DNA from: Collinsella sp. | Lineage (GTDB): Bacteria; Actinomycetota; Coriobacteriia; Coriobacteriales; Coriobacteriaceae | NCBI GenBank assembly: GCA_036298225.1 | Contig: JAXJJM010000011.1 | Span: 1,056-65,055, forward strand | DNA: 64,000 nucleotides | Direction: 5' to 3' | In this document: piece by piece, positions 29,644 through 39,695 of the stretch | How the letters are laid out: the number at the start of each line of letters is the position of its first letter | How positions within the stretch are numbered: the stretch's first letter is position 1 | Translations under genes and position numbers: made by a program | Notes under the pieces: generated by a model | What the model was told of the DNA's origin: nothing | The model's input: only the letters and a program-made list of their open reading frames with translations | Database searches by the model: none

Positions 29644-32145
29644 ATGGAATCGTTGTACCGAAAGTATCGCCCGCTCACCTTCGACTCCGTGGTGGGCCAG
29701 CAGCATATCGTCTCGACGCTCGAGCACGCTATCACCGAGGGACGCCTGTCCCACGCCTACCTGTTCTGCGGACCGCGCGGCACGGGCAAGACCACCATGG
29801 CGCGCATCCTTGCCAAGGCGCTGCTGTGCCGCAATGCCGAGGCGGCGCGCGCCGAGGGTGCAAGCGGCTGCATGCCCGACGGTACTTGCGAGGAGTGCGA
29901 GCTCATTGCCGAGGGCAACCACCCCGATGTCTACGAGCTCGATGCCGCAAGCCGTACCGGCGTGGACAACGTGCGCGAGGAGATCATCAACTCCGTCAAC
30001 TTTGCCCCGGTGCGCGGCAAGTACAAGATCTATATCATCGACGAGGTCCACATGCTCACGACGGCGGCGTTCAACGCGCTGCTCAAGACGCTTGAGGAGC
30101 CGCCGGCACACGTGATCTTTGTGCTGTGCACCACCGACCCGCAAAAGATTCTGGAGACCATCCTCTCGCGCTGCCAGCGTTTCGATTTCCATCGCATCGG
30201 CAACGAGGATATTGAGCATCGCCTGGCATACGTATGCGAGCAGGAGGGCTTCGATTACGACGACGAGGCGCTCGCCATCGTGGCGCGCCATGCCAAGGGC
30301 GGCATGCGCGACGCGTTGTCCACGCTGGAGCAGCTGAGCGTTTTTGGCAACGGCGCCGTGCATGCGGACGATGCCCGCTCGCTTTTGGGCGAGGTTTCGG
30401 ACCAGATCCTGGGCGAGTTTGCCCGCGCCATTGCCGATCGCGATGTTGCCGAGCTCTATGGACTGATTCGTGCGCAGGTCGAGGAGGGCAATGACCTGCT
30501 TGAGCTGACGCGCGACCTGGTGGCGCATGTGCGTGACGTGTATGTTGCCTGCGTTGCCGGTGCCCGTGCCGAGCTGTTTGAGGGCGGCCCGGAGCAGGCC
30601 GAGGCGCTTGCTGCCGAGGCCGCTGCCTTTGGCGAGCATCCTGCCGACCGCCTGGCTCGTGTGCTGACAGTGCTCGACGATGCCGCACTGGAGATGAGGG
30701 GCGCGAGCGACGTGCGCCTGGTGCTCGAGATCGCCTGCACGCGTCTGGCGCGTCCCGAGGCTGATTTAACGATTGAGGCATTGGCCGAGCGCGTGGCACG
30801 CCTGGAGGCCATGGTTGCCAATGCCGCCGTTCCGGCGAGCGTGACTGCTGCTCAAGCGGGTGCGCCTGCTGCATCCGCACCCGCTGCTGCCCAACAGCCG
30901 ACGCTCATTTCGGGCGCCCGTGCTGCCACTTCGGTGGCATCCGCTGCCCCCGCTGCTACGTCCGCGCATCAGGGTGGCATGCCTTGGGACCGCGGCGCTG
31001 CTGTTCCGGCTGCCCAGCCTGCGCCCCGTCCTGCGTTCGTGTCAGCTTCCAAGCCTGCAGCGCCTGCACCTCAGCCTGCGCCGGCCCCCGCGCCTCAGTC
31101 CGTTGCGGCCCCCGCGCCTGCCACCACTCCGGCACCTAAGCCCCAGTCCAACAATGCCGCCCAGGTTGCCGCCGCCGGTGCTGCCGAGACGCTCGCGGTC
31201 GAGGATGCCGGAGAGCTGCAGCGCAAATGGGCCGAGGTTGTCGAGCGTGTCAAGGCGCGTCAGGCTTCCTACGCAGGGCTTTTGCTCAACGCCCGCGCCA
31301 CGGCCGATGACGGCTCCAAGCTCACGGTCTCGTTCCCCGCGGGTTCGACTTTTGCCATTAAGATGCTCGATCGCGCCGATACGCAGTCGGTGGTCCTGCC
31401 GACGGTCTGCGCGGTCTTCGGTCGTCGTACCGTCGACTATGTCCTGGATGGGGGTGGCACGCCGGCTCCTCAACATGAGGAGCATTCTCCATCTGCACGG
31501 GCTGCGGCATCTGCGGACCCGCAACCCGTGTCCTCGGCGGCCCCTGTGTCCTCGAGCGCCAGCGCGTCGCAGCAGCAAGCGGCACCGGTGGCGGCATCGA
31601 CCCCGTCGGCGCCTAAGCCCGCGGCGCCCAAACCGGCTGCTCCGACACCCGCGCCCAAGCCCGTCTCGCCCGCGCCCAAGTCGTCTGACCTGGGCAAAGC
31701 CCCCTGGCTACGCTCCGACAACCCTGCCGGAGCCCCCGCTACGGGCAAGCTGCCCACCGAGCCCGCGCCCCGTGCGCCCGAGCGCTCGGCCGCTCCCAAA
31801 GCCCAGCCTGCCGCGCAGTCGGCTCCGTGGGAATCCGAGCAGGTGCCCTACGACGATGCCATGGTCGGCGGCTTCGCTTCCGATGCGGGCGGGGACGATC
31901 TGCCCCCGTTCGACGTGCCGGGCGCGGCTTCGGCGCCCAAGCCTGCCGCAGCGGCCCCCGCAGCCGCGGCGCCTGCCCCCGCAAGCGACGACGCCCCCGC
32001 GGCTCCCTGGGAGTCCAACCCCGGCGCCGGCAGCCCCTTCGGCCACCAGGGCGCAGCTCCCAGCATTCCGCAGACCGAGGACGAGGCCAAAGCCCTCATC
32101 CGCAGCGTCTTCGGCCAGTCAACCATCTTCAAACCGGTGGAGTAG
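29644..32145 (+). CDS. dnaX: DNA polymerase III subunit gamma/tau
   Basis: LYRKYRP, GPRGTGKTT, IIDEVHML, AFNALLKTLEEPP, SRCQ; long Pro/Ala linker. Confidence 0.95.
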   Translation: MESLYRKYRPLTFDSVVGQQHIVSTLEHAITEGRLSHAYLFCGPRGTGKTTMARILAKALLCRNAEAARAEGASGCMPDGTCEECELIAEGNHPDVYELDAASRTGVDNVREEIINSVNFAPVRGKYKIYIIDEVHMLTTAAFNALLKTLEEPPAHVIFVLCTTDPQKILETILSRCQRFDFHRIGNEDIEHRLAYVCEQEGFDYDDEALAIVARHAKGGMRDALSTLEQLSVFGNGAVHADDARSLLGEVSDQILGEFARAIADRDVAELYGLIRAQVEEGNDLLELTRDLVAHVRDVYVACVAGARAELFEGGPEQAEALAAEAAAFGEHPADRLARVLTVLDDAALEMRGASDVRLVLEIACTRLARPEADLTIEALAERVARLEAMVANAAVPASVTAAQAGAPAASAPAAAQQPTLISGARAATSVASAAPAATSAHQGGMPWDRGAAVPAAQPAPRPAFVSASKPAAPAPQPAPAPAPQSVAAPAPATTPAPKPQSNNAAQVAAAGAAETLAVEDAGELQRKWAEVVERVKARQASYAGLLLNARATADDGSKLTVSFPAGSTFAIKMLDRADTQSVVLPTVCAVFGRRTVDYVLDGGGTPAPQHEEHSPSARAAASADPQPVSSAAPVSSSASASQQQAAPVAASTPSAPKPAAPKPAAPTPAPKPVSPAPKSSDLGKAPWLRSDNPAGAPATGKLPTEPAPRAPERSAAPKAQPAAQSAPWESEQVPYDDAMVGGFASDAGGDDLPPFDVPGAASAPKPAAAAPAAAAPAPASDDAPAAPWESNPGAGSPFGHQGAAPSIPQTEDEAKALIRSVFGQSTIFKPVE

Positions 32146-32199
32146 TTCCGCGGGCGGGTATACTGCTCAAGAAGACAACCCTTTGAACGGAGCGAGCTT

Positions 32200-32460
32200 A
32201 TGATGTGGGAATATGTCCGCCTTGAGGACGATACGCAGGTTTCGTATTCCGAAGTCCGTGAAGACAATACGGTGAAGGTCGTTGTTGAGCGCCCACGCGA
32301 TTGGGGTTTTGACACGGCAGAGTGCATCTTGCCGGCATTCAACTGGGCGTCGCACGAGGGCTTTAGCGAGGCAGATCTCAAAGAGCTCGATGACTTCGTG
32401 CGCAACAATGCTCCGCTCATCCTGCGTTTTGCCTACGAAGGCGGACGAGTCTATGCCTAG
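32200..32460 (+). CDS. Small acidic protein, partner of DUF4160 gene
   Basis: 86-aa ORF overlapping the next gene by 8 nt. Confidence 0.65.
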   Translation: MMWEYVRLEDDTQVSYSEVREDNTVKVVVERPRDWGFDTAECILPAFNWASHEGFSEADLKELDDFVRNNAPLILRFAYEGGRVYA

Positions 32461-32725
32461 CCTTTTCCGATTCGGGCCGTACATCATCTTTTTCTGGACA
32501 GGGGAGAACGGCGAGCCTGTCCATGTTCACGTTGCGGTCAAGCGCCCCACTGTCGAGGCGACCAAGATATGGCTCACTCGTTCTGGCGGATGCAAGCTAG
32601 CCCATAACAAGGGCGATATCCCGGCTCGGGATTTACGCGACATTATGCAGTTTGTTTCATCTAACCATGCGTTGATTTGCAAGCGTTGGAAAGAAACAAC
32701 CGGCGGGCTTTCGTTTTACTGCTAA
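32453..32725 (+). CDS. DUF4160 domain protein
   Basis: MPSLFRFGPYIIFFW..ENGEPVHVHV...ATKIWL motif. Confidence 0.75.
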   Translation: MPSLFRFGPYIIFFWTGENGEPVHVHVAVKRPTVEATKIWLTRSGGCKLAHNKGDIPARDLRDIMQFVSSNHALICKRWKETTGGLSFYC

Positions 32726-33228
32726 GAGTCACTCGTTGGACTTGAGAACTCTGGCTCTTCGGGGGGCTCTTTGCCTGGGCGCATCTGTATTTCGGACATG
32801 TGTAATGTGGTGCCGCGTATATCGCATTCGAGCAGACAGGTACGTGACGGTCTGCCTAGGATGCTGAGGTCGATACGATATGTCGCATGGCTGTCCGTGT
32901 ACTCGACTTGTTCGGCGTTGAAGGTTGCTCCGATTGTCAATAAAGAGCCCGGTTCGGCATCGACAATCTTGAAGTCCTTTATCTTGACCTTGAACTCTTG
33001 GTAGAGGGACGGGCTGTTGTAGTAAACGGTTCGGGTTCCGTCGGTGCATTCATCGGTCGCTTCCCATTTGACGACGGGCTGGTCCGAGCTGGCTATCAGC
33101 AGTTCTGCTCCAAAAGCTATGGCATGGGTGATGACAACCAGCAATGCCCAGCCGACAAAGAGATAGAGAACCACATATGCAACGGGGTGTTTTGAGCGGA
33201 TGTTTTGGAGCGCGTTGGGGGCATTCAT
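32722..33228 (-). CDS. Hypothetical membrane-anchored protein
   Basis: RBS GGAGG + ATG; one N-terminal TM; four Cys. Confidence 0.55.
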   Translation of the reverse strand: MNAPNALQNIRSKHPVAYVVLYLFVGWALLVVITHAIAFGAELLIASSDQPVVKWEATDECTDGTRTVYYNSPSLYQEFKVKIKDFKIVDAEPGSLLTIGATFNAEQVEYTDSHATYRIDLSILGRPSRTCLLECDIRGTTLHMSEIQMRPGKEPPEEPEFSSPTSDS

Positions 33229-33370
33229 GGGGCACCTCCAAATTACTATCTATGGCAATCAAATTATACCCTGCCGCCATGTGCGCCGCCTCGAGCAGCG
33301 GTTCGGCATTTAGCTATTTAGTGGCGCACGTGAAATGCCGGATTCGGCTCTACTAGATTGAGTGTGCGAT

Positions 33371-33405
33371 ATTATGCAACCTTGCATAATTCGACCTTGC
33401 ATAAT
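33371..33405. promoter_or_regulatory. Perfect palindrome ATTATGCAA-CC-TTGCATAAT plus repeated half site
   Basis: Palindrome at 33371-33390; ACCTTGCATAAT recurs 15 nt later. Confidence 0.4.
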
Positions 33406-33567
33406 CTTTGAGTGCGGTTTGTATTGGAGGACATGTATATCGACTGAGGTAACACGTCCGCCCCGCTCTCTCGCCGCGCGCCGTGGTACGATTTTTGAGT
33501 TTGAAAGTCCCGCCGTGCTCCGGCTGCCCTTGCAGCTCGGCGTGCGGCCGCACGTAAAGGAGCCATC

Positions 33568-33888
33568 ATGGCCGGTATGAACATGCAGCAGATGATGAAG
33601 CAGGCCCGCAAGATGCAGGAGCAGCTTGCCGCCGCGCAGGAGAACCTCAAGTCCCAGACCGTTGACGCCTCTGCCGGCGGCGGCATGGTCAAGGTGACCG
33701 TCAACGGCGAGATGGAGCTCGTCAATCTCACCATCGATCCCGATGCGCTCGATCCCGAGGACGTCGATATGCTGCAGGACATGATCATGGCCGCCGTCAA
33801 CGAGGCCGTCCGCGGCGTCAACGAGCTCGCCAACAAGCAGATGGGCGCCATCACCGGCGGCCTCAACATCCCGGGCATGCCGTTCTAA
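33568..33888 (+). CDS. ybaB: YbaB/EbfC nucleoid-associated protein
   Basis: [38 protein letters not shown]; upstream of recR. Confidence 0.92.
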   Translation: MAGMNMQQMMKQARKMQEQLAAAQENLKSQTVDASAGGGMVKVTVNGEMELVNLTIDPDALDPEDVDMLQDMIMAAVNEAVRGVNELANKQMGAITGGLNIPGMPF

Positions 33889-33902
33889 GACGCGCATATA
33901 TA

Positions 33903-34499
33903 ATGAGTGCGAATCACAGTCTGCAAAAACTGCTCGATGAGCTGGGCCGCCTCCCGGGCATTGGTCCCAAGTCGGCCCAGCGCATCGCCTACTACCTGCT
34001 CGAGGCCGACGCCGAGGAGGCCCGCCGCCTGGCCGAGGCCATCCTGGAGGTTAAGCAGGAGGTGCACTTTTGCAGCCGCTGCTTTAACTACGCCACGGCC
34101 GACGAGTGCTCCATTTGCCAGGATTCGATGCGTGATACCACCCGCATTTGCGTGGTGGGCGAGCCACGCGATGTCCAGGCGATCGAGCGCACGGGCAGCT
34201 ACCACGGCCTATACCATGTGCTGGGTGGCGTGATCAGCCCCATGGACAAGATTGGCCCCGAGCAGCTGCACATCCGCGAGCTGCTGGCGCGCTTGGGTCA
34301 CGAGGACATCCACGAGGTTATCATCGCCACCAACCCCAACATCGAGGGCGAGACCACGGCGAGCTACCTCGCCCGCACCATCAAACCGCTGGGTGTCGAG
34401 GTGTCGCGCCTGGCGAGCGGCCTGCCCGTGGGTGGCGACCTGGAGTATGCCGACGAGCTTACGCTTGGCCGCGCCATCGAGGCTCGCCGCGTGATCTAG
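33903..34499 (+). CDS. recR: Recombination mediator RecR
   Basis: [12 protein letters not shown]4 zinc finger, [24 protein letters not shown]. Confidence 0.96.
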   Translation: MSANHSLQKLLDELGRLPGIGPKSAQRIAYYLLEADAEEARRLAEAILEVKQEVHFCSRCFNYATADECSICQDSMRDTTRICVVGEPRDVQAIERTGSYHGLYHVLGGVISPMDKIGPEQLHIRELLARLGHEDIHEVIIATNPNIEGETTASYLARTIKPLGVEVSRLASGLPVGGDLEYADELTLGRAIEARRVI

Positions 34500-34742
34500 C
34501 TGCCGGACACGCTGTGTTATGGCCCATCGGCTTATCGCACGGGGTGCTCATAATTGGGCTTTTGTTCGTGGGTTTGTTGTGCAATAAAGATGCTTCGCAT
34601 CCGCTTATCGCATGGATGCTTCCGCTCGCATCCTTAATTTGCCCATTCGTTGCGCAACCTTTTGGGTTCGCTGATACACTCAAATATGGATTTGAATGAA
34701 TGCGCCGCTCCCGAGCGGCGTGTTTTTGTTGGAGGAGAACGC

Positions 34743-35648
34743 ATGCGGCCCGGTGGCACACAGACAAAGCGCGGCACCACGGTGCGCATGCGACGCCGAC
34801 TGGGCTTGGCGCCGCGGGCGTACGCACTGCTATCGTGCTCGCTGGTGCTGGTCATAGCTGGCGTTTCTGCCTATGGCATGACCGTGCCGTCCATGATGCA
34901 GGCGCATGCCGTACGCGAACCGCGCGTGGGGCATGAGGTCAAAAGCGATCTGGGCACCACGACTGGATATGCTTGGGCAAGTGTGGTCGGGCATATTGTG
35001 TTTGGCACCGACGATGCGGACGGCGCCGAGGCCCCGGACAACGAAGTCATGCTTGCCAATGGCAAAACCATCGTGCTCACCAACACCAAGATCATCGATC
35101 GGTTGTCCAACAATAGCGTGGCGGCAACGGTGAATAAGGTCGAGCAGCAAAAGGAGCAGGACGCCCAGCAGTCCGGAAAGCCCGGTAGCTCGGATACTTC
35201 TGGCTCCGGCTCGGATTCGTCGAGTTCGGGCGGCGGCTCTGGGTCGGGTTCCTCTACCGGAGGGTCTGGAAACGGCGGTTCGACGGGCGGCAACACTGAC
35301 AACGATGCAAACTCCGGTGGCCTTTCCGCTGCTGAAGAAGAGAGCATTCACAGCTGGCTTGTGACCAAGTACAACATGCTCGACGGCTATGTTTCTCGTG
35401 CCAATGACGTGGTCTCGACCTATAACTCTACGGGAGATCCCAGACCGTGCGACAGTCTGGTCGGGGAGATGTTTGTCATTCGAGCCGAGTTCGGTCGTCA
35501 GACATTCTCGCCCCGGTCAAAGTGGTATCAGCAGTATGCCAATCTGTGGGGCTGTTATACCAACCTATGTCAATGGGTCGGCCATTACGGCGATGATGAC
35601 GTCGCACTCGGTAACTTCAACAATAACGTGGCGGCGCTTGCCCTATGA
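34743..35648 (+). CDS. Membrane-anchored extracellular protein with Gly/Ser linker
   Basis: RBS GGAGG; N-terminal TM; SGSGSDSSSSGGGSG linker; helical-looking C-terminal domain. Confidence 0.65.
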   Translation: MRPGGTQTKRGTTVRMRRRLGLAPRAYALLSCSLVLVIAGVSAYGMTVPSMMQAHAVREPRVGHEVKSDLGTTTGYAWASVVGHIVFGTDDADGAEAPDNEVMLANGKTIVLTNTKIIDRLSNNSVAATVNKVEQQKEQDAQQSGKPGSSDTSGSGSDSSSSGGGSGSGSSTGGSGNGGSTGGNTDNDANSGGLSAAEEESIHSWLVTKYNMLDGYVSRANDVVSTYNSTGDPRPCDSLVGEMFVIRAEFGRQTFSPRSKWYQQYANLWGCYTNLCQWVGHYGDDDVALGNFNNNVAALAL

Positions 35649-37489
35649 TGACCGATCTTGCATCCACCACACCACAATCGCTCGGTCGCGATCCCATGGT
35701 CGGCCTGCGCCTGGCGCGTGTCGACGGGTTTGAGCCGGCCATTGCGCTCGGTCAGGACGAACTGCCTGCCTATCTGCGTCGTTTTACGATGCTGTTTGCC
35801 GACGATGCCACCATGCGCCGTGGCGGTATCGGCCGCGTGACGCGTGCCGTCAACGCCCAAGGCGAGGCCGTGGCACTCAAGCAGCTCATCTTGCCGACGC
35901 GCGATGAGTTTGACGACGATGCCGCTCACGAGGCGCTGGTCGCCAAGTTCAAGGCGGCGTTTCGCGAGGAATACGAATGCCATCGCGCCCTTTCGGGCCT
36001 TAAGGGCTTTCCCCGCCTCTATGGCTGGGGCGAGGTCGACGGTGTGCCTGCAATTGTCATGGAATGGGTCGAGGGCGAGACGCTTGCCCGCTTGCGTTCG
36101 CGACTTGCCGTGGACGATGCCGGACGCCTGTCGCCGCTTGTGGCGGCGCGTCTGGGTCGCGACCTGTTCGATCTGCTCTGCCGTATGAGCCTGGTGGGCG
36201 AGGGCTTTGTCCATCGCGATATCTCGCCCGCTAATAATATGGTGCGCACGGCGCGCCTGCCGCTTGACCGGCAGCTTGCCGAGGGCACCTTTGACCTGTG
36301 CCTGATCGACTTTGGCTCGTCGCTGGCGCTCGAGCCTGCGTCGGCCGTGGCCGGTACCGGCGGCAAGGCGTCGTTTACGGAGCGTTATGCTACGCTGCGT
36401 CGCGCGACGGTTGCCTATGCCCCGCCCGAGATGCTCACCGACGATATTCCCGACCTGCGCGCTTTGCGTATGTCGCCGGCGATTGACGTCTATGCCGCGG
36501 CAAGCACGGTTTACGAGCTCATTGCCGGCGTCGCGCCATACGAAGCCGCGCCGGGCACTTCGGGCATCTCGGGTTCGCGCAAAAAGACGCGCGACATCGC
36601 GAGCCCCTACCGTCTCAAGATGGACACGCGGCCCGACTATCCCATTGGTGCCCATGCGCCCGGTTGCGATTTGACTCAGCTGCTTCGTCGTGAGCCCGAT
36701 GTGGCGCTCGCCGCGGCCGAGCAGGCCCAGCAGCTAGGGCTTGAGCCGGATTCCGAAGAGCTACGCGATGCGCTGGCGCTTGTCGATGCCCAGCTGTTCG
36801 ACGTGGTGATGGCCTGTCTGTCCAGCCATCAAAAAGATCGTCCCGAGCCGGCGGCGGTCGAGGCGGCGCTCTCGGCGTTTTGTGACCACTATGCACAAAA
36901 TGTCGGTCGTTCGCTCCGCGGCGAGCCGCTCACGCCGTGCCCCATGGATGCGTCCGGCCGCGCGGTTCGTCGCGCGCTGATGGTCGGCGCGGCGGTCGTC
37001 TGTGGCGTGGTTTGGGCTGTGGTCGTGGTTTCGGCCGCGCTGCTGGCATCGGGCGCTCGCGTGACGGCGACTTTGGGATCGCTCGTGTGGTCTGGGCCAC
37101 TACCGGGTATTATTGCCGCACTGGCGTTGGCGCTACCAGGCATGGCCGGCCTTGCCGCGGGGGCACTTGCGCGCGATCGGCGCTCGGGGTTCCTGCAGGG
37201 TGTGCTTGCGCTTTCTGCCTGCGAGGTTCCGGTGCTGGTTGTGGCTGCATGTAGCGTATTTTCCCAACGCGCCGTGACGGGCGGCCTTGTTGCCGCTCTG
37301 GTTGCAACCTATACGCTTACGTGGTTTTTGCTTGCGATGGGCTTTGCCTTTGAACTTCCCGTTTCGGCACCGCGACGCACAAAAGCCCAGATGGCGACTC
37401 CGCTTGCCGGTGGAGCCGCAGCTGCCCGTACTTTTGGCGGACCTGTCGAAGTATCGTCCGATTCTATTTCTACGACCAAGGAGGCCTAG
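35645..37489 (+). CDS. Divergent Ser/Thr protein kinase with C-terminal TM helices
   Basis: GGIGRV, VALK, MEWVEG, HRDISPAN, LIDFG, YAPPE, DVYA. Confidence 0.8.
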   Translation: MMTDLASTTPQSLGRDPMVGLRLARVDGFEPAIALGQDELPAYLRRFTMLFADDATMRRGGIGRVTRAVNAQGEAVALKQLILPTRDEFDDDAAHEALVAKFKAAFREEYECHRALSGLKGFPRLYGWGEVDGVPAIVMEWVEGETLARLRSRLAVDDAGRLSPLVAARLGRDLFDLLCRMSLVGEGFVHRDISPANNMVRTARLPLDRQLAEGTFDLCLIDFGSSLALEPASAVAGTGGKASFTERYATLRRATVAYAPPEMLTDDIPDLRALRMSPAIDVYAAASTVYELIAGVAPYEAAPGTSGISGSRKKTRDIASPYRLKMDTRPDYPIGAHAPGCDLTQLLRREPDVALAAAEQAQQLGLEPDSEELRDALALVDAQLFDVVMACLSSHQKDRPEPAAVEAALSAFCDHYAQNVGRSLRGEPLTPCPMDASGRAVRRALMVGAAVVCGVVWAVVVVSAALLASGARVTATLGSLVWSGPLPGIIAALALALPGMAGLAAGALARDRRSGFLQGVLALSACEVPVLVVAACSVFSQRAVTGGLVAALVATYTLTWFLLAMGFAFELPVSAPRRTKAQMATPLAGGAAAARTFGGPVEVSSDSISTTKEA

Positions 37490-37492
37490 GTC

Positions 37493-38431
37493 ATGGCATC
37501 TCAAGTTGAGCTCACCCCATGCGGGGCCATGTTTGACATCTTTAAGCGCGCGGCGCATCTGAGCCATATCGAGCTGTGCGGCTTGGTGCTTTCGTCCCGT
37601 CCGCTCGCCGACGGCCGCAGCCCGCAGAGCCGAGCCGCCGATCGCTCTTGGGTTTCCCGCTTTATCGTTCGCGCGCCGGTCGGCACGCTTCAGCAGCGCT
37701 ACTTTGCCGAATACGGTACCTCGGCTGCGCGTATTATGTCGCAACTGGCCCTGCGCCAGCGAAATCCCATGGACTCCACGGCTGTGATCAATATGGTGTG
37801 CGGTCCTGCAGGTGAACCGATGGTACGCGCGCTCGAAGAGTGCCACCAGGACACGAATCTCTATCGCAACGCGCTCGATCGCCTGTCCCAGGCGGCGGAA
37901 CTCATGCCCGCCGAGCGCGCCGAGGCCGTGCTGGTGCTGTTTGTCGCCGTCGGTTGTTCGGCGGATGTGCGGTCCTCGGTGAACTATGCCATCGACTACG
38001 CGCACGCGACCTGTGGCGGAGGCACATCCACGCCGCGTTCGCTTGGCATGTCGATGACCGCGGGCGAACGCGAACCCGCCCCGGCGCACCCCTTGGGCTT
38101 GCTGCGCGTACAAAACAGTTTTGTCGTGAGCGCCCCGCGCTGGATTCAGCCGAGTGAGCAGGGTGTTGAGATTGGCGCGCTGGCCACTGGCGAGGGCGAT
38201 ATTACCGACGTCGGCGACGATGTCTCGGCCCGCCATGCCCATATCTGGTGCGATGCTCAAAATATCTGGCACGTCGAGGACTTGTCGTCCACCAACGGAA
38301 CCGTGGTGGTAAACGGGGCCACGCGCGTCTGCATTCAGGTCGAGCCCGGTCGTTCCGCCCAACTCAATCCCGGCGACGAGCTCAAACTCGGCGAATCCAC
38401 TACCTACGCCATCCTCTTCGGTGCCCTCTAG
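37493..38431 (+). CDS. FHA domain protein with uncharacterised N-terminal domain
   Basis: VSARHAHI...EDLSSTNGT...LNPGDELKLG. Confidence 0.8.
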   Translation: MASQVELTPCGAMFDIFKRAAHLSHIELCGLVLSSRPLADGRSPQSRAADRSWVSRFIVRAPVGTLQQRYFAEYGTSAARIMSQLALRQRNPMDSTAVINMVCGPAGEPMVRALEECHQDTNLYRNALDRLSQAAELMPAERAEAVLVLFVAVGCSADVRSSVNYAIDYAHATCGGGTSTPRSLGMSMTAGEREPAPAHPLGLLRVQNSFVVSAPRWIQPSEQGVEIGALATGEGDITDVGDDVSARHAHIWCDAQNIWHVEDLSSTNGTVVVNGATRVCIQVEPGRSAQLNPGDELKLGESTTYAILFGAL

Positions 38432-38550
38432 CCGGCAGATAGGGACGTTTCTTTTCTGCCGGCACTTGGGGGCACTTCTCTGCGCGCCAGAGCCGGTCGC
38501 CTGGGGATGGAGAGGCCATTTTGGCCCTTGGCGGTCAGTCGGGGCGAAAC
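37998..38550 (+). repeat. Left copy of diverged direct repeat (FHA gene 3' half plus downstream DNA)
   Basis: Aligns by eye with 44740-45285, including the stop codon and ~120 nt of non-coding downstream sequence. Confidence 0.85.
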
Positions 38551-38579
38551 TAGAAGATCTTTCCGATTCGCGGCTGTTC

Positions 38580-39417
38580 ATGCTTGTAGAGCATCTAAAA
38601 CAATAGGGTGTTATTCTGGAATATGCCGGGTGCGTGAACTTGCCTGTCTTAGCCTTAAAAAGGTATAGGGGAGTTTGGCTCAGGGGTTCCGTCTTGTTCT
38701 TCAGCGCAGTATTGTGGGACAGATTTGCTGAGATTGGCGCCTTACACCGCAGAGCGCACGGAAGGCTCTCGATTTGTGTTCTGGCCCCAGAATACAGGGC
38801 CTGATACTTACCAACTGTGGCATGGATGTAACATCTGTAGAAATCAACCCTTTTGTTGTCGACCTTTGTAAGAAGAACACTGCCATCAACTCTTCGGATG
38901 ACGAAACTAGGGTGCTTGAGGGGAGCCTTTACTCCCCTCTGTGAGATGACTCATGTTTTTCGCTTGTCGTTGTGAATCCTCCGTTACTGCCGATTCCGGA
39001 TGAGATTCCTTATCCCTTCGTTGGGGATGGGGGACAATCGGGTCTGGATATAACACTTCATATTCTTAAGGGTGGCGATACGCATTTAGAGGAAAACACT
39101 AAATACTGCTAATAGGGGTGACGACGATGGCGTAGGGGCGACCCACGATGCTCGCATCAATACGTCGGCTACTTGGGGAATCAGGTCTAGATGCATGTAT
39201 GATGATACTGTGCAGCTATTCAATTAGTCCGCGTTCCGAATGGGTGCGGGGTATGGCGGCGACGTCGTATGCTTTTGCCCTGGCGCGATACTCAGGTATT
39301 TCTGAGGCGGTTGACGAAGTTTATACGCGCTATGCCGCGCAAGGCGTCCGGAAGTTTGCACATCTACATTACGGGCTTAGGTTTCTTCAAGCGAGCAGGC
39401 TGGTTGCGTTATTATGA
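38580..39417 (+). pseudogene. Class I SAM-dependent methyltransferase (HemK/PrmC-like), disrupted
   Basis: Manual translation: KALDLCSGPRIQGL...VEINP...EGSLYSPL*DD...VVNPPLLP...VGDGGQSGLDI; in-frame TGA at 38942-38944 plus frameshifts; ends approximate. Confidence 0.7.
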
Positions 39418-39695
39418 GCGATTTTTCTAGCCTAGGCGACAAAAGGCAAAGGATTTGGTGGGTGTAAAACGAGGTCGTTTGCGGGCGGACGCTCCAATCT
39501 ATTGTGGCAATCGGGCGGTTGAAAAAGATATTTCAATCGCCCGATTGCCAGATTCGTCGGAGGAGATGTCCGATTCCGACTCTCTTGTAGGAAGAGCTTG
39601 AGACCGTATTGGCCCAAGGCAATCTTAAAGCAGTCTCATTGGCAAATCTTCGCTCCTGTTGTGTTGAGGTGTAAGGTATCAGTGATTGATGTTTT

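Noticed and set aside
30840..32040. Repetitive Pro/Ala region in dnaX and the overlapping 447-aa frame as a repeat array or programmed frameshift
   Set aside because: Ordinary low-complexity linker; the main frame is continuous and I saw no slippery A-run.
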